The position numbers and the translations under genes were made by a program. Positions 25,591 to 37,203 of a stretch of 60,000 nucleotides of DNA are shown one piece after another (positions within the stretch are counted from its first letter, which is position 1; each line of letters begins with the position of its first letter). The DNA lies in NCBI GenBank assembly GCA_038087875.1, contig CM075990.1, forward strand, positions 13,704,001-13,764,000, read 5' to 3'. Below the pieces are notes generated by a model. The model had not been told where the DNA came from, searched no databases, and was given only the letters and a program-made list of their open reading frames with translations. The DNA is from Malacoraja senta (lineage: Eukaryota).

Positions 25591-28539
25591 AGACAACTTC
25601 CTTGTAAAACTACATGACACCATCCAGGACTACCTTTCCTCTTTGCAAGAGTATCATAATATATTTAAGGAGATTTGTTGGTACTGTACACATTATCCAC
25701 CAAACTGATGGTGATTGTGTTATTGCAGGGATGAAGTGATAACTAATTCTGTTACATTTGGGAATCCTTGCCTGTGGAGATGAGTGGTCTTGTAGACACT
25801 TGCACGCAGATTCAGTTGAACTGAGCTAACAACTCTTACAGACTCCTGATACACACTGTGACCTTAGCTCAACAATATAATCGCATCTCTTGGTTCAGCA
25901 ATGAAGACAGTCTCATGATTTATAACACAATTTAAGGCTCTTGATAAGATTATAGGGTTGTAATCTCTTGCAAAGATCCATTATTTTCTAAAGGTTGAGA
26001 AACATCATTAAACTATGGCCTGCAGCGGATATGGTTCTTCCATTCAACATATCCATCTCTAACCAGAATTGGCCTTTCCTACCTCATTCGGACAGCATCT
26101 CATTTCTGCTGCTGTGCTTTTTGAAGGGTAATAGTAAAGAGGGCAAGGGGCAGTTACAATACCGAGATTCCACATTAGTCTCAACCAGCTCGTGCTACAT
26201 TAAACGCTCCATCATTCTGTGGATAAGCAGGGAGAAGGAATAAATGAGTGACCCTGGTATTAGTGGCGTTCTCCATTGTTGCGAACGCTCCCACTCCATG
26301 TATAGGAGAATGTGGGGAATGGTTAGATCTGGGGAAGAGTTAGGAGATATGTTGACACGTTGGTAGTGCGGTCATTACAATTCATGCAGTAAATGCGATG
26401 TACACAAGAAACCAGAACTAATCTCTCTTTAAAAAAGGACTTTAATATAGCAAAAATGTCCCACAATACTTCCTTCACAGGAGTGTTTGCCAGCAAAAGA
26501 TTATTGACACTGAGTAACGAAGGGAGATGTGAGAGTAGTTGGCCAATAGAGATAGTGTTTGGAAGTATCTTTAACGAAGAGAGGTGTAAGGGTTGGGGAA
26601 GGAGTCCCAAAGGTTAAGTCCCAGCTGAAAGCAAGATTACCAGTAGCGGAGAAACCACAAGTGTGTGGATGGATTGGCCTTGAATGGAGGAACACAGATT
26701 CTTCAGAGAATTGGGGAAGGTAAGCAGAGATTACAAATGGAAAGGACAAGGAGTGATTCGAGAACAAGGTTTAAAAATTACAAAATGAATTTTTAACTTT
26801 ATAAATTCTAACTCTATGATGAATAGGCGTACAGAGCTGGGACGACAAAGCCCATGAATTTAAATTTAGAGATACCGCATGGAAATGGGGCCCTTTGGTC
26901 CACTGTACGCCAACCATTAATCACCCGTTCACACAAATTCACCCAACTGATTAATGTACAAACCTGCCCATCTTTGGGATGTGATGGAGCACCTGACAAA
27001 ACTCTCAAAGTTACAGGGAGAATTTGCAAACTCCACATAGACAGAAGCCGAGGTCAGGATCAAACCCAGGTCTCTGGTGTTGTGAGTCAGCAGCTCTCCC
27101 AGCTGCACCATGGTGCTGTCTCAGTTATTGTGTTGCTGTTTGCACAATGTTCGACATGGCTGCTGTAGTGATATCTGGCCATCGCCTGCCTCTTGACTGG
27201 CTTGATGATAAAATGCCCTTCACAAGGCGAGCCCATAAATCTTTGGCTTGGCATCTTTCCTAATTGTTTTATCGACGTGTTCTATGAAAATATTACGATT
27301 TAAAAAGATGGCAAATCAGAATGTTTGGTTTAAGAAGCATTAGAGATTACACAGCAAAACCTGTTAGGATCGATCCATTTAAATGTAATGATCTAATGTG
27401 ACCGTGAGCAGCTCTTGTGTCTCATAGTTTCCTCTGGTGTTTTATATAAACCTACCTGTTTAGAAATCCAGAGTACAGGTTTGCAAACTGGTATTCATAG
27501 CTGGTGTGGGGGTGCATGTGGTGAGGAGGCAGGATTGGGTAGGGGTGGTGTGGTTTCTCGGTGTAGTTCATCTATAGATGGCCTGTGAGTCAGTCGTGTA
27601 GTGCCGGTAAATTCTAACTATAGCAATATGCGGGAAATACCAGGAACTTCAGAACAAGGCTACGTACATCAGTAAGTGACGAGCAAAATTACGTCATTGT
27701 TGTATCTCCCATGAAGTGCGTCTGTACTTAAACACACACATATACCATAATGGATGTTGAGATGATCAGATTTACGTACGTCTGAGATCGGGTATCCTGT
27801 TGCTATGATCACAGCTTCACAAGTAATTTTTCTGTTGTTAAAGTTATGGTCCGAGAGCATAAAGCACACATATTGGCTCAAGTCCATGCCAGACATTACG
27901 CATCACTTACACTGAACTCAATTTAATTGTAGTCCGACACAAAATGCTGGAGTAACTCAGCAGGACAGGCAGCATCTCTGGAGAGAAGGAATGGGTGACT
28001 TTTCAGGATGAGACCCTTCTTCAGACTGGACTTATTGCCCCTAATTATGACATTTTAATTGTCCCTACTTTCCCATCCTCTCTTCTCAGGTTCTATTAAC
28101 TACACACTAAGCAATCTACCGATTAACCTATTAGCTGGCACATTTTTGGGAAATAAAGGAACCCCAGGATCAGTATTGAACCCGGCTCACTGGAGCTGTC
28201 TGGTTCTGGTTGTGCTGTGCCACTGTTTCACCAACTTATAAACAATTGACTTAGGTCGCTGTTTATTAATAAAGATTAGCATCACATAATCCAGAGGAGG
28301 TGGTAGAAGTGGGTATCCCTAACCAGTCTGAAGAAGGGTCTCGACCCAAAACGTCACCCATTCCTTCCCTCCAGCTTTACTCCAGCTTTTTGTGCCAATC
28401 TTCGGTACAGTTATAATGTTTGAATGATATTTGGACAGGTTCATGGATAGAAACGGTTTAGAGGGATATGAGCCAAATGCAGGCAAATAGGATGACAAGA
28501 ATCTTGGTCAACATAGTTGCAATGGACCAATAGTTGCAA

Positions 28540-30366
28540 CAGATATGTGAAGAGAAAGAGATTAGTTAAAACAAATGTAGGTCCCTTGCAGTCAGAAACA
28601 GGTGAATTGATCATGGGGAACAAGGATATGGCGGACCAATTGAATAACTACTTTGGTTCCGTCTTCACTAAGGAAGACATAAATAATCTGCCGGAAATAG
28701 CAGGGGGTCAAAGGAGATGGAGGAACTGAGTGAAATCCAGGTTAGTCGGGAAGTGGTGTTGGGTAAATTGAATGGATTAAAGGCCGATAAATCACCAGGG
28801 CCAGATAGGCTGCATCCCAGAGTACTTAAGGAAGTAGCTCCAGAAATAGTGGATGCATTAGTGATAATTTTTCAAAACTCTTTAGATTCTGGAGTAGTTC
28901 CTGAGGATTGGAGGGTAGCAAACGTAACCCCACTTTTTAAGAAGGGAGGGAGAGAGAAAACGGGGAATTACAGACCAGTTAGTCTTAACATCGGTAGTGG
29001 GGAAACTGCTAGAGTCAGTTATTAAAGATGGGATAGCAGCACATTTGGAAAGTGGTGAAATCATTGGACAAAGTCAGCATGGATTTACGAAAGGTAAATC
29101 GTGTCTGACGAATCTTATAGAATTTTTCGAGGATGTAACTAGTAGAGTGGATAGGGGAGAACCAGTGGATGTGTTGTATCTGGACTTTCAGAAGGCTTTC
29201 GACAAGGTACCACATAAGAGATTAGGATACAAACTTAAATCACACGGTATTGGGGGTTCAGTATTGATGTGGATAGAGAACTGGCTGGCAAACAGGAAGC
29301 AAAGAGTAGGAGTAAACGGGTCCTTTTCACAATGGCAGGCAGTGACTAGTGGGGTACCGCAAGGCTCAGTGCTGGGACCCCAGCTATTTACAATTTATAT
29401 TAATGATCTGGACGAGGGAATTGAAAGCAACATCCCCAAGTTTGCGGATGACACTAAGCTGGGGGGCAGTGTTAGCTGTGAGGAGGATGCTAGGAGACTG
29501 CAAGGTGACTTGGATAGGCTGGGTGAGTGGGCAAATGTTTGGCAGATGCAGTATAATGTGGATAAATGTGAGGTTATCCACTTTGGTGGCAAAAACGGGA
29601 AGGCAGACTATTATCTAAATGGTGGCCGATTAGGAAATGGGGAGATGCAGCGAGACCTGGGTGTCATGGTACACCAGTCATTGAAAGTAGGCATGCAGGT
29701 GCAGCAGGCAGTGAAGAAAGCGAATGGTATGTTGGCCTTCATAGCAAGAGGATTTGAGTATAGGAGCAGGGAGGTTCTACTGCAGTTGTACAGGGTCTTG
29801 GTGAGACCACACCTGGAGTATTGCGTACAGTTTTGGTCTCCAAATCTGAGGAAGGACATTATAGCCATAGAGGGAGTGCAAAGAAGGTTCACCAGACTGC
29901 TTCCTGGGATGTCAGGACTTTCATATGAAGAAAGACTGGATAGACTTGGCTTATACTCGCTAGAATTTAGGAGATTGAGAGGGGATCTTATAGAAACGTA
30001 CAAAATTCTTATGGGGTTGGACAGGCTAGATGCAGGAAGATTGTTCCGGATGTTGGGGAAGTCCAGGACAAGGGGTCACAGCTTAAGGATAAGGGGGAAA
30101 TCCTTTAAGACCGAGATGAGGAAAAACTTTTTCACACAGAGAGTGGTGAGTCTCTGGAACTCTCTGCCACAGAGGGTAGTTGAGGCCAGTTCATTGGCTA
30201 TATTTAAGAGGGAGTTAGATGTGGCCCTTGTGGCTAAGGGGATCAGAGAAGGCAGGTACGGGATACTGAGTTGGATGATCAGCCATGATCATATTGAATG
30301 GCGGTGCAGGCTCGAAGGGCCGAATGGCCTACTCCTGCACCTATTTTCTAAGTATCTATGTATCTA
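28540..30366 (+). mobile_element. CR1 (HER1-type) LINE, 5'-truncated, near-identical to the 11391-13117 copy
   Basis: Same RT; +1 frameshift near 28985 and a short deletion near 30246; TATCTATGTATCTA tail. Confidence 0.95.
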
Positions 30367-30379
30367 AAGGGCCGGAATC

Positions 30380-30516
30380 TTCTTCTTGCGTATGACGTAC
30401 ACAGCCTAAAGTTGTAGGACAACTTGTTCTATTTGATCTTATTTGATTGTGCACGCCGGGTTGATTGCATTCGTCGAAACAGGGCGGACCACGTGAAGGT
30501 TGCAATCTCCCATCCC
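30380..30516 (-). mobile_element. Short non-autonomous retroelement with minimal HDV-like ribozyme head and (AAG)n tail
   Basis: Imperfect 11-bp TSD GGGCCGGAATC (30369-79) / GGTCCTGAATC (30517-27); minus-strand end ...CATACGCAAGAAGAAG. Confidence 0.75.
30463..30516 (-). ncRNA. Predicted minimal (54 nt) CPEB3/HDV-like ribozyme
   Basis: Minus strand: GGGAUGG GA GAUUGCA ACC UUCACGU GGU CCGCCCU G UUUCGA CGAA UGCAAUC = P1, J1/2, P2, P3, L3, P3', P1', P1.1, mini-P4, J4/2, P2'. Confidence 0.82.
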
Positions 30517-30971
30517 GGTCCTGAATCAATGCTGCATAACTCTGCAGCTATGAGACAGTGTACAACGTGTATATCATGGAGAGGAAATTTTAAATCACCA
30601 AAGTCTCCAATCTTAACTTGGTGACCACTCTTACTGAAGACAGATTTACAAAGAGGACATTAAACACATTTGAGAGCAAGAAATAACAATGTGCCTTTAA
30701 TTGTAGGTAGATGGAGCCTAGAGGGAGTATGTATACACATTGTGGATTGGGTTTACCCTTTCAAAGTGACCTCTGGGTCCAGTAGCTTTGGCTTCTCAAA
30801 TTTCAAAGTGAGGTCTGCCCAATCTTCAGTTTCAATCAGCTTTCAATTTCCAATCGATAGGAATTGGTCCCAGTGGACACGGCTCCAGATGTCAATGCCT
30901 ACCTTGACTGGGACACCCTCTAGTGTTCATCCTAAACATTATTCCATCCTTCTGCATGTGGCTCTGTGTTA

Positions 30972-31275
30972 GTTGTTTAGTTTAGAGATACAACGTGGAA
31001 ATGGGCCCTCCAGCCCACCGAGTCCGCACTAACCAGTGACCCCCATATATTAACACTATCCTACACACACTCGGGACAATTTACATTTCTACAAAGCCAA
31101 TCAACCTACAAACCTGTACGTCATAGTGTGGGAGTAAACTGAAGATCTCGGAGAAAACCCACGTGGTCACGTGGAGAATGTACAAGCTCCATTCAGCCAA
31201 CACTTGTAGTCGGGATTGAACCCGGGTCTCTGGCGCTGAAAGCGCTGCAAGGCAGCAACTCTACCACCTGTTCTG
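30972..31275 (-). mobile_element. HE1-like V-SINE
   Basis: Reverse complement of the same unit. Confidence 0.85.
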
Positions 31276-31829
31276 CGGTAATTTCCCTCTGGGTTGGTTC
31301 TTCTGTCCCATGTCCGTGCACATTCCCAGACATACTCACTGGCAAGAGATAGTGACTCCCCGGATGCCAACTACCCCTCTATTGTAATGGTAACGAGCAC
31401 TGCCAGTCTCCACAAGCTTCTCGGCTGAGTATGTGCCAGGTTAAACCTGTTGAAAGCCATTGATGTCAGTCGGAAGAAAACACTGTCAAGGGAAAGTGAG
31501 TGGAACTGGAGACAGTTGACCTCTATTTAATGATGACAGTCCTTGCCTTTCCCCTGCCCTGCCCCCCATTTCTCCCTCCATCTCACACCACCCCTGTCAC
31601 CCTGCTCCTTTCCCTTCCTTTGTACACACATCATCCATCCCTGAGATCCATATTCTCCTTTTCCCTACTTTATTCCTCTCCGCCTGTCCTGTTCCACCCA
31701 TCCCCCCTCCAGTACCACCCCCTCTCCCGGTTTTACATTTCACTTTCCTCTTTCTTCTTTCCTTATCTGTTTTCCGTTCATATTTTCACCTCTGACCTTT
31801 TTCACTTACTCCACCCATGTGCCAATCAA

Positions 31830-31839
31830 CCCCCCCCCC

Positions 31840-31916
<77 letters not shown>

Positions 31917-31924
31917 ACACACAC
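31830..31924. repeat. poly-C followed by long (CA)n microsatellite
   Basis: Directly visible. Confidence 0.95.
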
Positions 31925-31949
31925 CTGTATCCACCTATCACTTGCCAGG

Positions 31950-32374
31950 TACACAAAAATGCTGGAGAAACTCAGCGGGTGCAGCAGCATCTATGGAGCG
32001 AAGGAAATAGGCAACGTTTCGGGCCGAAACCCTTCTTCAGACTGATAGGGGGTGGGGAGAAGAAAGGAAAAAAGGAAAAAGGCGGAGGAGGAGCCCGAGG
32101 GCTGGGGGAGGGGAGGAGACAACCAGAGAGCTGATGAAGGGGAGGGGACAGCAAGGGCTAGCAGAATTGGGAGAATTCAATGTTCAATCCCCCAGGATGT
32201 AGACTGCCCAAGCAGAATATGAGGTGCATTTCCTCCAATTTACGGTGTTGCTCGCTGTGGCCATGGAGGAGACCCAGGACAGAGAGGTCAGATACGGAAT
32301 GGGAGGGGGAGTTGAAGTGCTGAGCCATCGGGAGGTCAAGTTGGTTATTGCGGACCAACCGGAGGTGTTCGGTG
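31950..32374 (-). mobile_element. Penelope-like element 3' fragment (GIY-YIG endonuclease C-terminus + 3' terminal repeat)
   Basis: ORF 32158-32358 PMAQHFNSPSHS...RKLEEMHLIFCLGSLHPGGLNIEF resembles the PLE endonuclease end; 14-bp TSD TATCACTTGCCAGG at 31936-49 and 32375-88. Confidence 0.85.
32010..32043 (-). ncRNA. Minimal type-I hammerhead motif in Penelope terminal repeat
   Basis: Minus strand AGU CUGAAGA A GGGU-UUCG-GCCC GAAA CG UU GCC: intact core, UUCG-capped helix II, palindromic ACGU in place of helix III. Confidence 0.75.
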
Positions 32375-33338
32375 TATCACTTGCCAGGCTCTGCCCTGCC
32401 TCCCACTTTTCCAATTTTCTCCCCCATACTCCAATCAGTCTGAAGAAGACCCCGAACCTGAAACGTTGTCAATTCATTCCCTCCACAGATGCTGCCTGAC
32501 CCGCTGAGCTCAGGCACACAGGAGAAATATTCTATGCGCTTTGTTCAAGATTCCAGTATTTGCAGATCCTTGTGTCTTGATACCTCTGTTTTATGGGCAA
32601 GTGCGTCTGTTGCTTTGTTATTCTAAGTGTTCAAAATTATTAATACCATTAAGAATTTTTATATTTTTCCACAATATTTGTAACTTTGCAAACTTTCCAG
32701 TAAATGAAAATCAAAGAAGCTACTAGAATTCTGAAATGAGGCAGTAAATGTTGGGAACACATATCGCATTTTGTAGCACCTGTGGGAAGAGGAATAGTTA
32801 AAGTTTCAGGTCTGGGACCCTTCTTCAGGGTTGGGTTTGGCAGCTATGAGGTGCATGGCTATTGAAGTCCTGAAGCAGGCTTGACTCCTCTTGTATTGAG
32901 TGTTTCTGCCCTTCAGAGGCAGATGATATTACAACTTCTGACTGGGTTGCCCTCGTAGGCTGAAACAACGATATTCCGATAGAATAGAAGGAAGCATTTT
33001 ACCGGAAATGAAGCTGTTTTATTAATGTAATCATATCCACACACTGCACAAAAATCCTTGCACATTGGTTAACCGGCTTGGCTAATGACATTAAAAGGGC
33101 AATATTGATTTATTCTATTAATAATCTTCTATCGATGATCCTGGATAGATTTCACCAATTAAAGGAGTATTGTCTTCCCTTAAATATCATTGGCCAGGAT
33201 GAGCTTTCAACTCAGCATTGACGAGGCGCTAATGATAGTAACGATGTCTACGAGAGACACCATTGTTCAGAAATTTAGCATGCTGATTTGATTCTTATGT
33301 GAGTAGCCTTCCCCTGCTTATTTCATAAGAAGATTGTA

Positions 33339-33572
33339 AGGGCCTGTCCCACTTGGCGATTTTTTTGGCGACTGCCGGCATCATTGACTGACGTATCAGG
33401 TCACCGAAAAATTTGCGGCATGACGCGGTGTGATGACGTATGATGCGCGGTGTTTTTTCAAGTGTCACAACTTTTTTTGTCGCCGCTGGATTTTGAAATG
33501 TTCAAAATCTTTTGGCGACACTGATATGACGCTGGCAGTCGCCGAAAAAAATCGGCAAGTGGGACAGGCCCT
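33339..33572. mobile_element. MITE with the same terminal 16 bp, different interior
   Basis: AGGGCCTGTCCCACTTG..CGATTTTTT / AAAAAATCGGCAAGTGGGACAGGCCCT-TAA. Confidence 0.85.
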
Positions 33573-34439
33573 TAAGGCCTTGTCTTGCAGAACTTGGGGC
33601 TGGAATTAACAGATGGGCAAGTCTCCATTGAGAAGGAAGACATCCATTTACGTTACGAAGATTGACACAAGATGCTGGAGTAACTCGGCGGGTCAGGCAA
33701 CATCTCTGAAGAAAAGGAAGAGGTAAAGGTTCGGGTCGAGACCCTTCATCAGAGTGAGCCAGACTTTATCCATTTACATTACACTTGTTAACTATCTAAG
33801 GACATCCCAAGGAGGTTTAGAACTACTAAAGTACTTCTTGGGGATGGTCACAGCTAAGCAACACCCAAACTGTACAGCAAGCTCCCACACACAGATAATG
33901 TCCAGACAATCTCTTTTAATTGGTTGGATAAGTGATTTGGAATTAGACACAAAATGCTGGAGTAACTCAACGGGTCAGGCAGCATCTCTGCAGAGAAGGA
34001 ATGGGTGACATTTCGTGTTGAGACCCTTCTTCAGACTTGGAGTATTGCCTTTTGGGTATCTGGACAAGTAAATATCCATGTTCATTTATTCTGAATTTGA
34101 AAGAGACATTTTCTTGAAATTGGAGCTCCATGGTTAGAATCAGAAATGATAAGGAATGGTAATGGTTGACATTTTTACTCCAAAGATGTTCGATGGAGTC
34201 GCAGTTATGGCCGATAGAGATTTGCGATTGAGTTAGACAGACACTCTTCTCTAGCCTGTAGTCAATTGTAAATAATCTGTTAATCTGTTCTGGTTTGCGA
34301 TGGCTTTGATACTGTTTATAATCGGTCCTACTATCAATGTGTAAATATTGTCCATCTGTTTAGCAACCTAACTGGATAATCACTCTATCGTTGGCAGTCT
34401 TGCTTTCAGCTACCAAAGCATTAAAGTCTGGAATTCACT

Positions 34440-34745
34440 CTTTAGACTTTAGTGATACAGTGCAGAAACAGGCCCATTGGCCCACTGAGTCCGGGCCAAG
34501 CATAGATCACCCAGTACACCAGCACTATCCTACACACTAGGGACAATTTACAATTATACCGAAGCCAATTAACCTAAATACCTTTGTCTTTAGAGTGTGG
34601 GAGGAAACCATAACACCTGGAGAAAACTGGCGCAGTCAAGTGGAGAAGGTACAAACTCCGTACAGACAGTACCCATAGTCAGGATCGAGCCCAAGTCTCT
34701 GGCACCGTAAGACAGCAACTACTGCTGTGCCACTGTGCCGCCCTT
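34440..34745 (-). mobile_element. HE1-like V-SINE (degraded copies also near 26855-27120 -, 35240-35525 -, 41790-41995 +, 45855-45930 +, 57935-58240 -)
   Basis: Reverse complement of the same unit. Confidence 0.82.
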
Positions 34746-36140
34746 CAGTTGCACTCTCTCCGGTATGAGATGTTACTGCAGCAGTCCAGTTAAATGTAAA
34801 CCCACTGCGAGCAGGGTTGGACTGAGATATTGGTCTGACAATGCTCTTCTTCAAACCTTGTTATCTCATCTCTCCATAGTTTTGTCCCTAATTTCCTCAT
34901 CCAGTTTCTATTCCTTTGTTAATAGTTTCTTTCTCCCTCGCTTTCCACGAGTAACTCCCGCAAAAACACATCAACTCTTGTCAGCTTGATGGGTTCCTAT
35001 GGAACAAATTCTACCTTCTCACCAGGGCTGGCGAGACTTTCCGAGATTCCATCTTTTTCCACTGTTGCACAAAGTCAAGAAGACCGGGGGATGGCTGAGA
35101 TGAAACAGTCAACTCTTTCCACCTTGAACATCGCCAAAAGAAAAAACATGAAAAAGACAACAAGGAATGTTTTTATGACCATTCATTCTATTGCCAAAGA
35201 ATTGTTGCTTAATAATGTTTATTCTAGCACCGAAAGAGACAATTCAGCCCATCGGGTGCATACTAGTTCCCAGCAGAGCAATTGGTCTTATTCCCCTGGC
35301 CATTGTAGTCTTATCACATGCTTCTGACGCTAGTTAAACACACACAAAGGGGCAAATTACAATGGCCCACCCTCCCTTGAGGTGTGGAAGAAATTGGATG
35401 TCTTGGGGAAAGCCATTGTAATCACAGGGAGAGGATGCAAACTCCACATAGACAGCACCTGAGGCCTGAATGAGACCTGGTTCTTGGAGCTATGAAGCAG
35501 CAACACTGATTGCTGCACCACCGTGGCTTGTGGGGACTGTACATACCGTCAAAGTAGATATCTGGGATCTTTTATCCCCAATAAGGAGGGCAGGCAAAGC
35601 CTCAGTTTGCAGCTCTGGAATATGTCTCTCTGACTCTCTCATGTTAATAGTGTCTTATGCTGGACATTTGTGTTCAAGTTCCTGCCATTTAAATCTCCAC
35701 CATTCTGATTACAAAGATCAGCATGTATGAATTGGGCCAATGGTCCTATTATAGTATTGTACATAGATACATAGAAAACAGGTGCAGGAGTAGGCCATTC
35801 GGCCCTTCGAGCCTGCACTGCTATGACACTGTACAACTCTATGACACTTATGACTTCTGTTTGCACTGATGATATTCTAATATTGAATGTAAGATTAGAC
35901 AGAAAGTCGCTTATTATTAAAACAGTAGGACAGGGAAAGTTGGGTTCAAACAAATTTAGCAGAATTTGAAACTTTTGAGATTTTGAGTTGGACATTTTCT
36001 TTGGTAATTTTTCACTGTCAAAGTAGAAATTTGCATCTGTCTTTGTCTCATCATTCTCCTCTCCTCTCTTTCTATTTTATTTGTTCTTTTCTCCGTTACT
36101 CTTTCCTGTCCTCTTCTCACACATTTGTTCTTCCATCCAG

Positions 36141-36380
36141 CCGCCCTTGGATTATACTTCCCCAGGAAGAGCTACCAAGCGACGGTGTACATTGGCCAGC
36201 CTGCAGACACGCCACTTCTCCAGGTCTATGCTTTGCCCGATGGGGAGGAGCGCAGGGCTTACTTTGGCTTCTGCAACAATCCCTTGAGCGGATTCCGACA
36301 TCACTGGTTCCGAATCGATGAGCGATCTGGGATCTTTTACCTTAACAAGACACTGGAGGAGAGTGACCTCAATCTGCTGG
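36141..36380 (+). CDS. RET: RET exon 2 (end of signal peptide, cadherin-like domain 1)
   Basis: Polypyrimidine tract + ccatccAG acceptor; reads (A)ALGLYFPRKSYQATVYIGQPADTPLLQVYAL...WFRIDERSGIFYLNKTL, like the RET N-terminus (ALGLYF...YVDQ..GTPLLYVHAL); donor G|GTAAGT; 240 nt, phase 1-1. Confidence 0.95.
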
Positions 36381-36894
36381 GTAAGTGAATCCTTGTATCA
36401 CATGGAACATGATGATAGACGTAATTATGCAATGATGCCATATATGTCACACAAATATTAATATTAATACAAATGTTCCTACTCCATATATGGCGTCATC
36501 ACCTAATAAATGAATCTGGTTCTTGTGTGGTACAAGAAGGCTTTTTGGAAAAATGTTTATATTATTTCAGGTTACAGTAAAACACCGGTAACCTGACATC
36601 CAATTGTTTGAAATCCTCATGGCCGGGCATCTGGCTCACTCATTAATTTGGAATATGTGCCATTGATCCAGAGTGCAGGTGGGCTGTGTGGCCAGAGCTA
36701 GGATCCTGTCCAGTGTCTCGAGTGTGCAGCTGCAACCAGAGCTCGCATCCAGAACGCTGTGGGTCAGGAACATGGCTAGGTCTGCTGTTAGAGCTGGGGT
36801 CCAAACTGCTGATCTATCCCTCGCTCGTTTTAAACACACTGCGGTTTATTATATCACTGAGTGACATCTAAAAGGAAGTGAAATAGAAGTGATT

Positions 36895-37203
36895 GTGCGG
36901 CACGGTGGCGCAACAGTAGAGTTGCTGCCTTACAGCGCCAGAGACCCGGGTTCGATCCCGACTACGGGTGCTACGGGTACGGAGTTTGTACGTTCTCCCC
37001 GTGACCACGTGGGTTTTCTCCGAGATCTTCTGTTTCCTCCCACACTCCAAAGACGTACAGGTATGTAGGCAAATTGGTTTGGTGAATGTAAAAATTGCCC
37101 CTGGTGTGTGTAGGATAGTATTAATATGTGGGAATCGCTGATCTGTGCGGACCTGGTGGGCTGAATGGCCTGTTTCTGCGCTGTATCTCTAAACTAAACT
37201 AAA
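36895..37203 (+). mobile_element. tRNA-derived V-SINE (HE1-like), full length
   Basis: A box TGGCGCAACAGTAG, B box GGTTCGATCC, V-core GGAGTTTGTACGTTCTCCCCGTG..GTGGGTTT, CR1-like tail, (TAAAC)n end. Confidence 0.88.

Noticed and set aside
31500..32134. ORFs with long HTHTHT or THTHTH runs
   Set aside because: Translations of a (CA)n microsatellite and adjacent Penelope repeat, not proteins.
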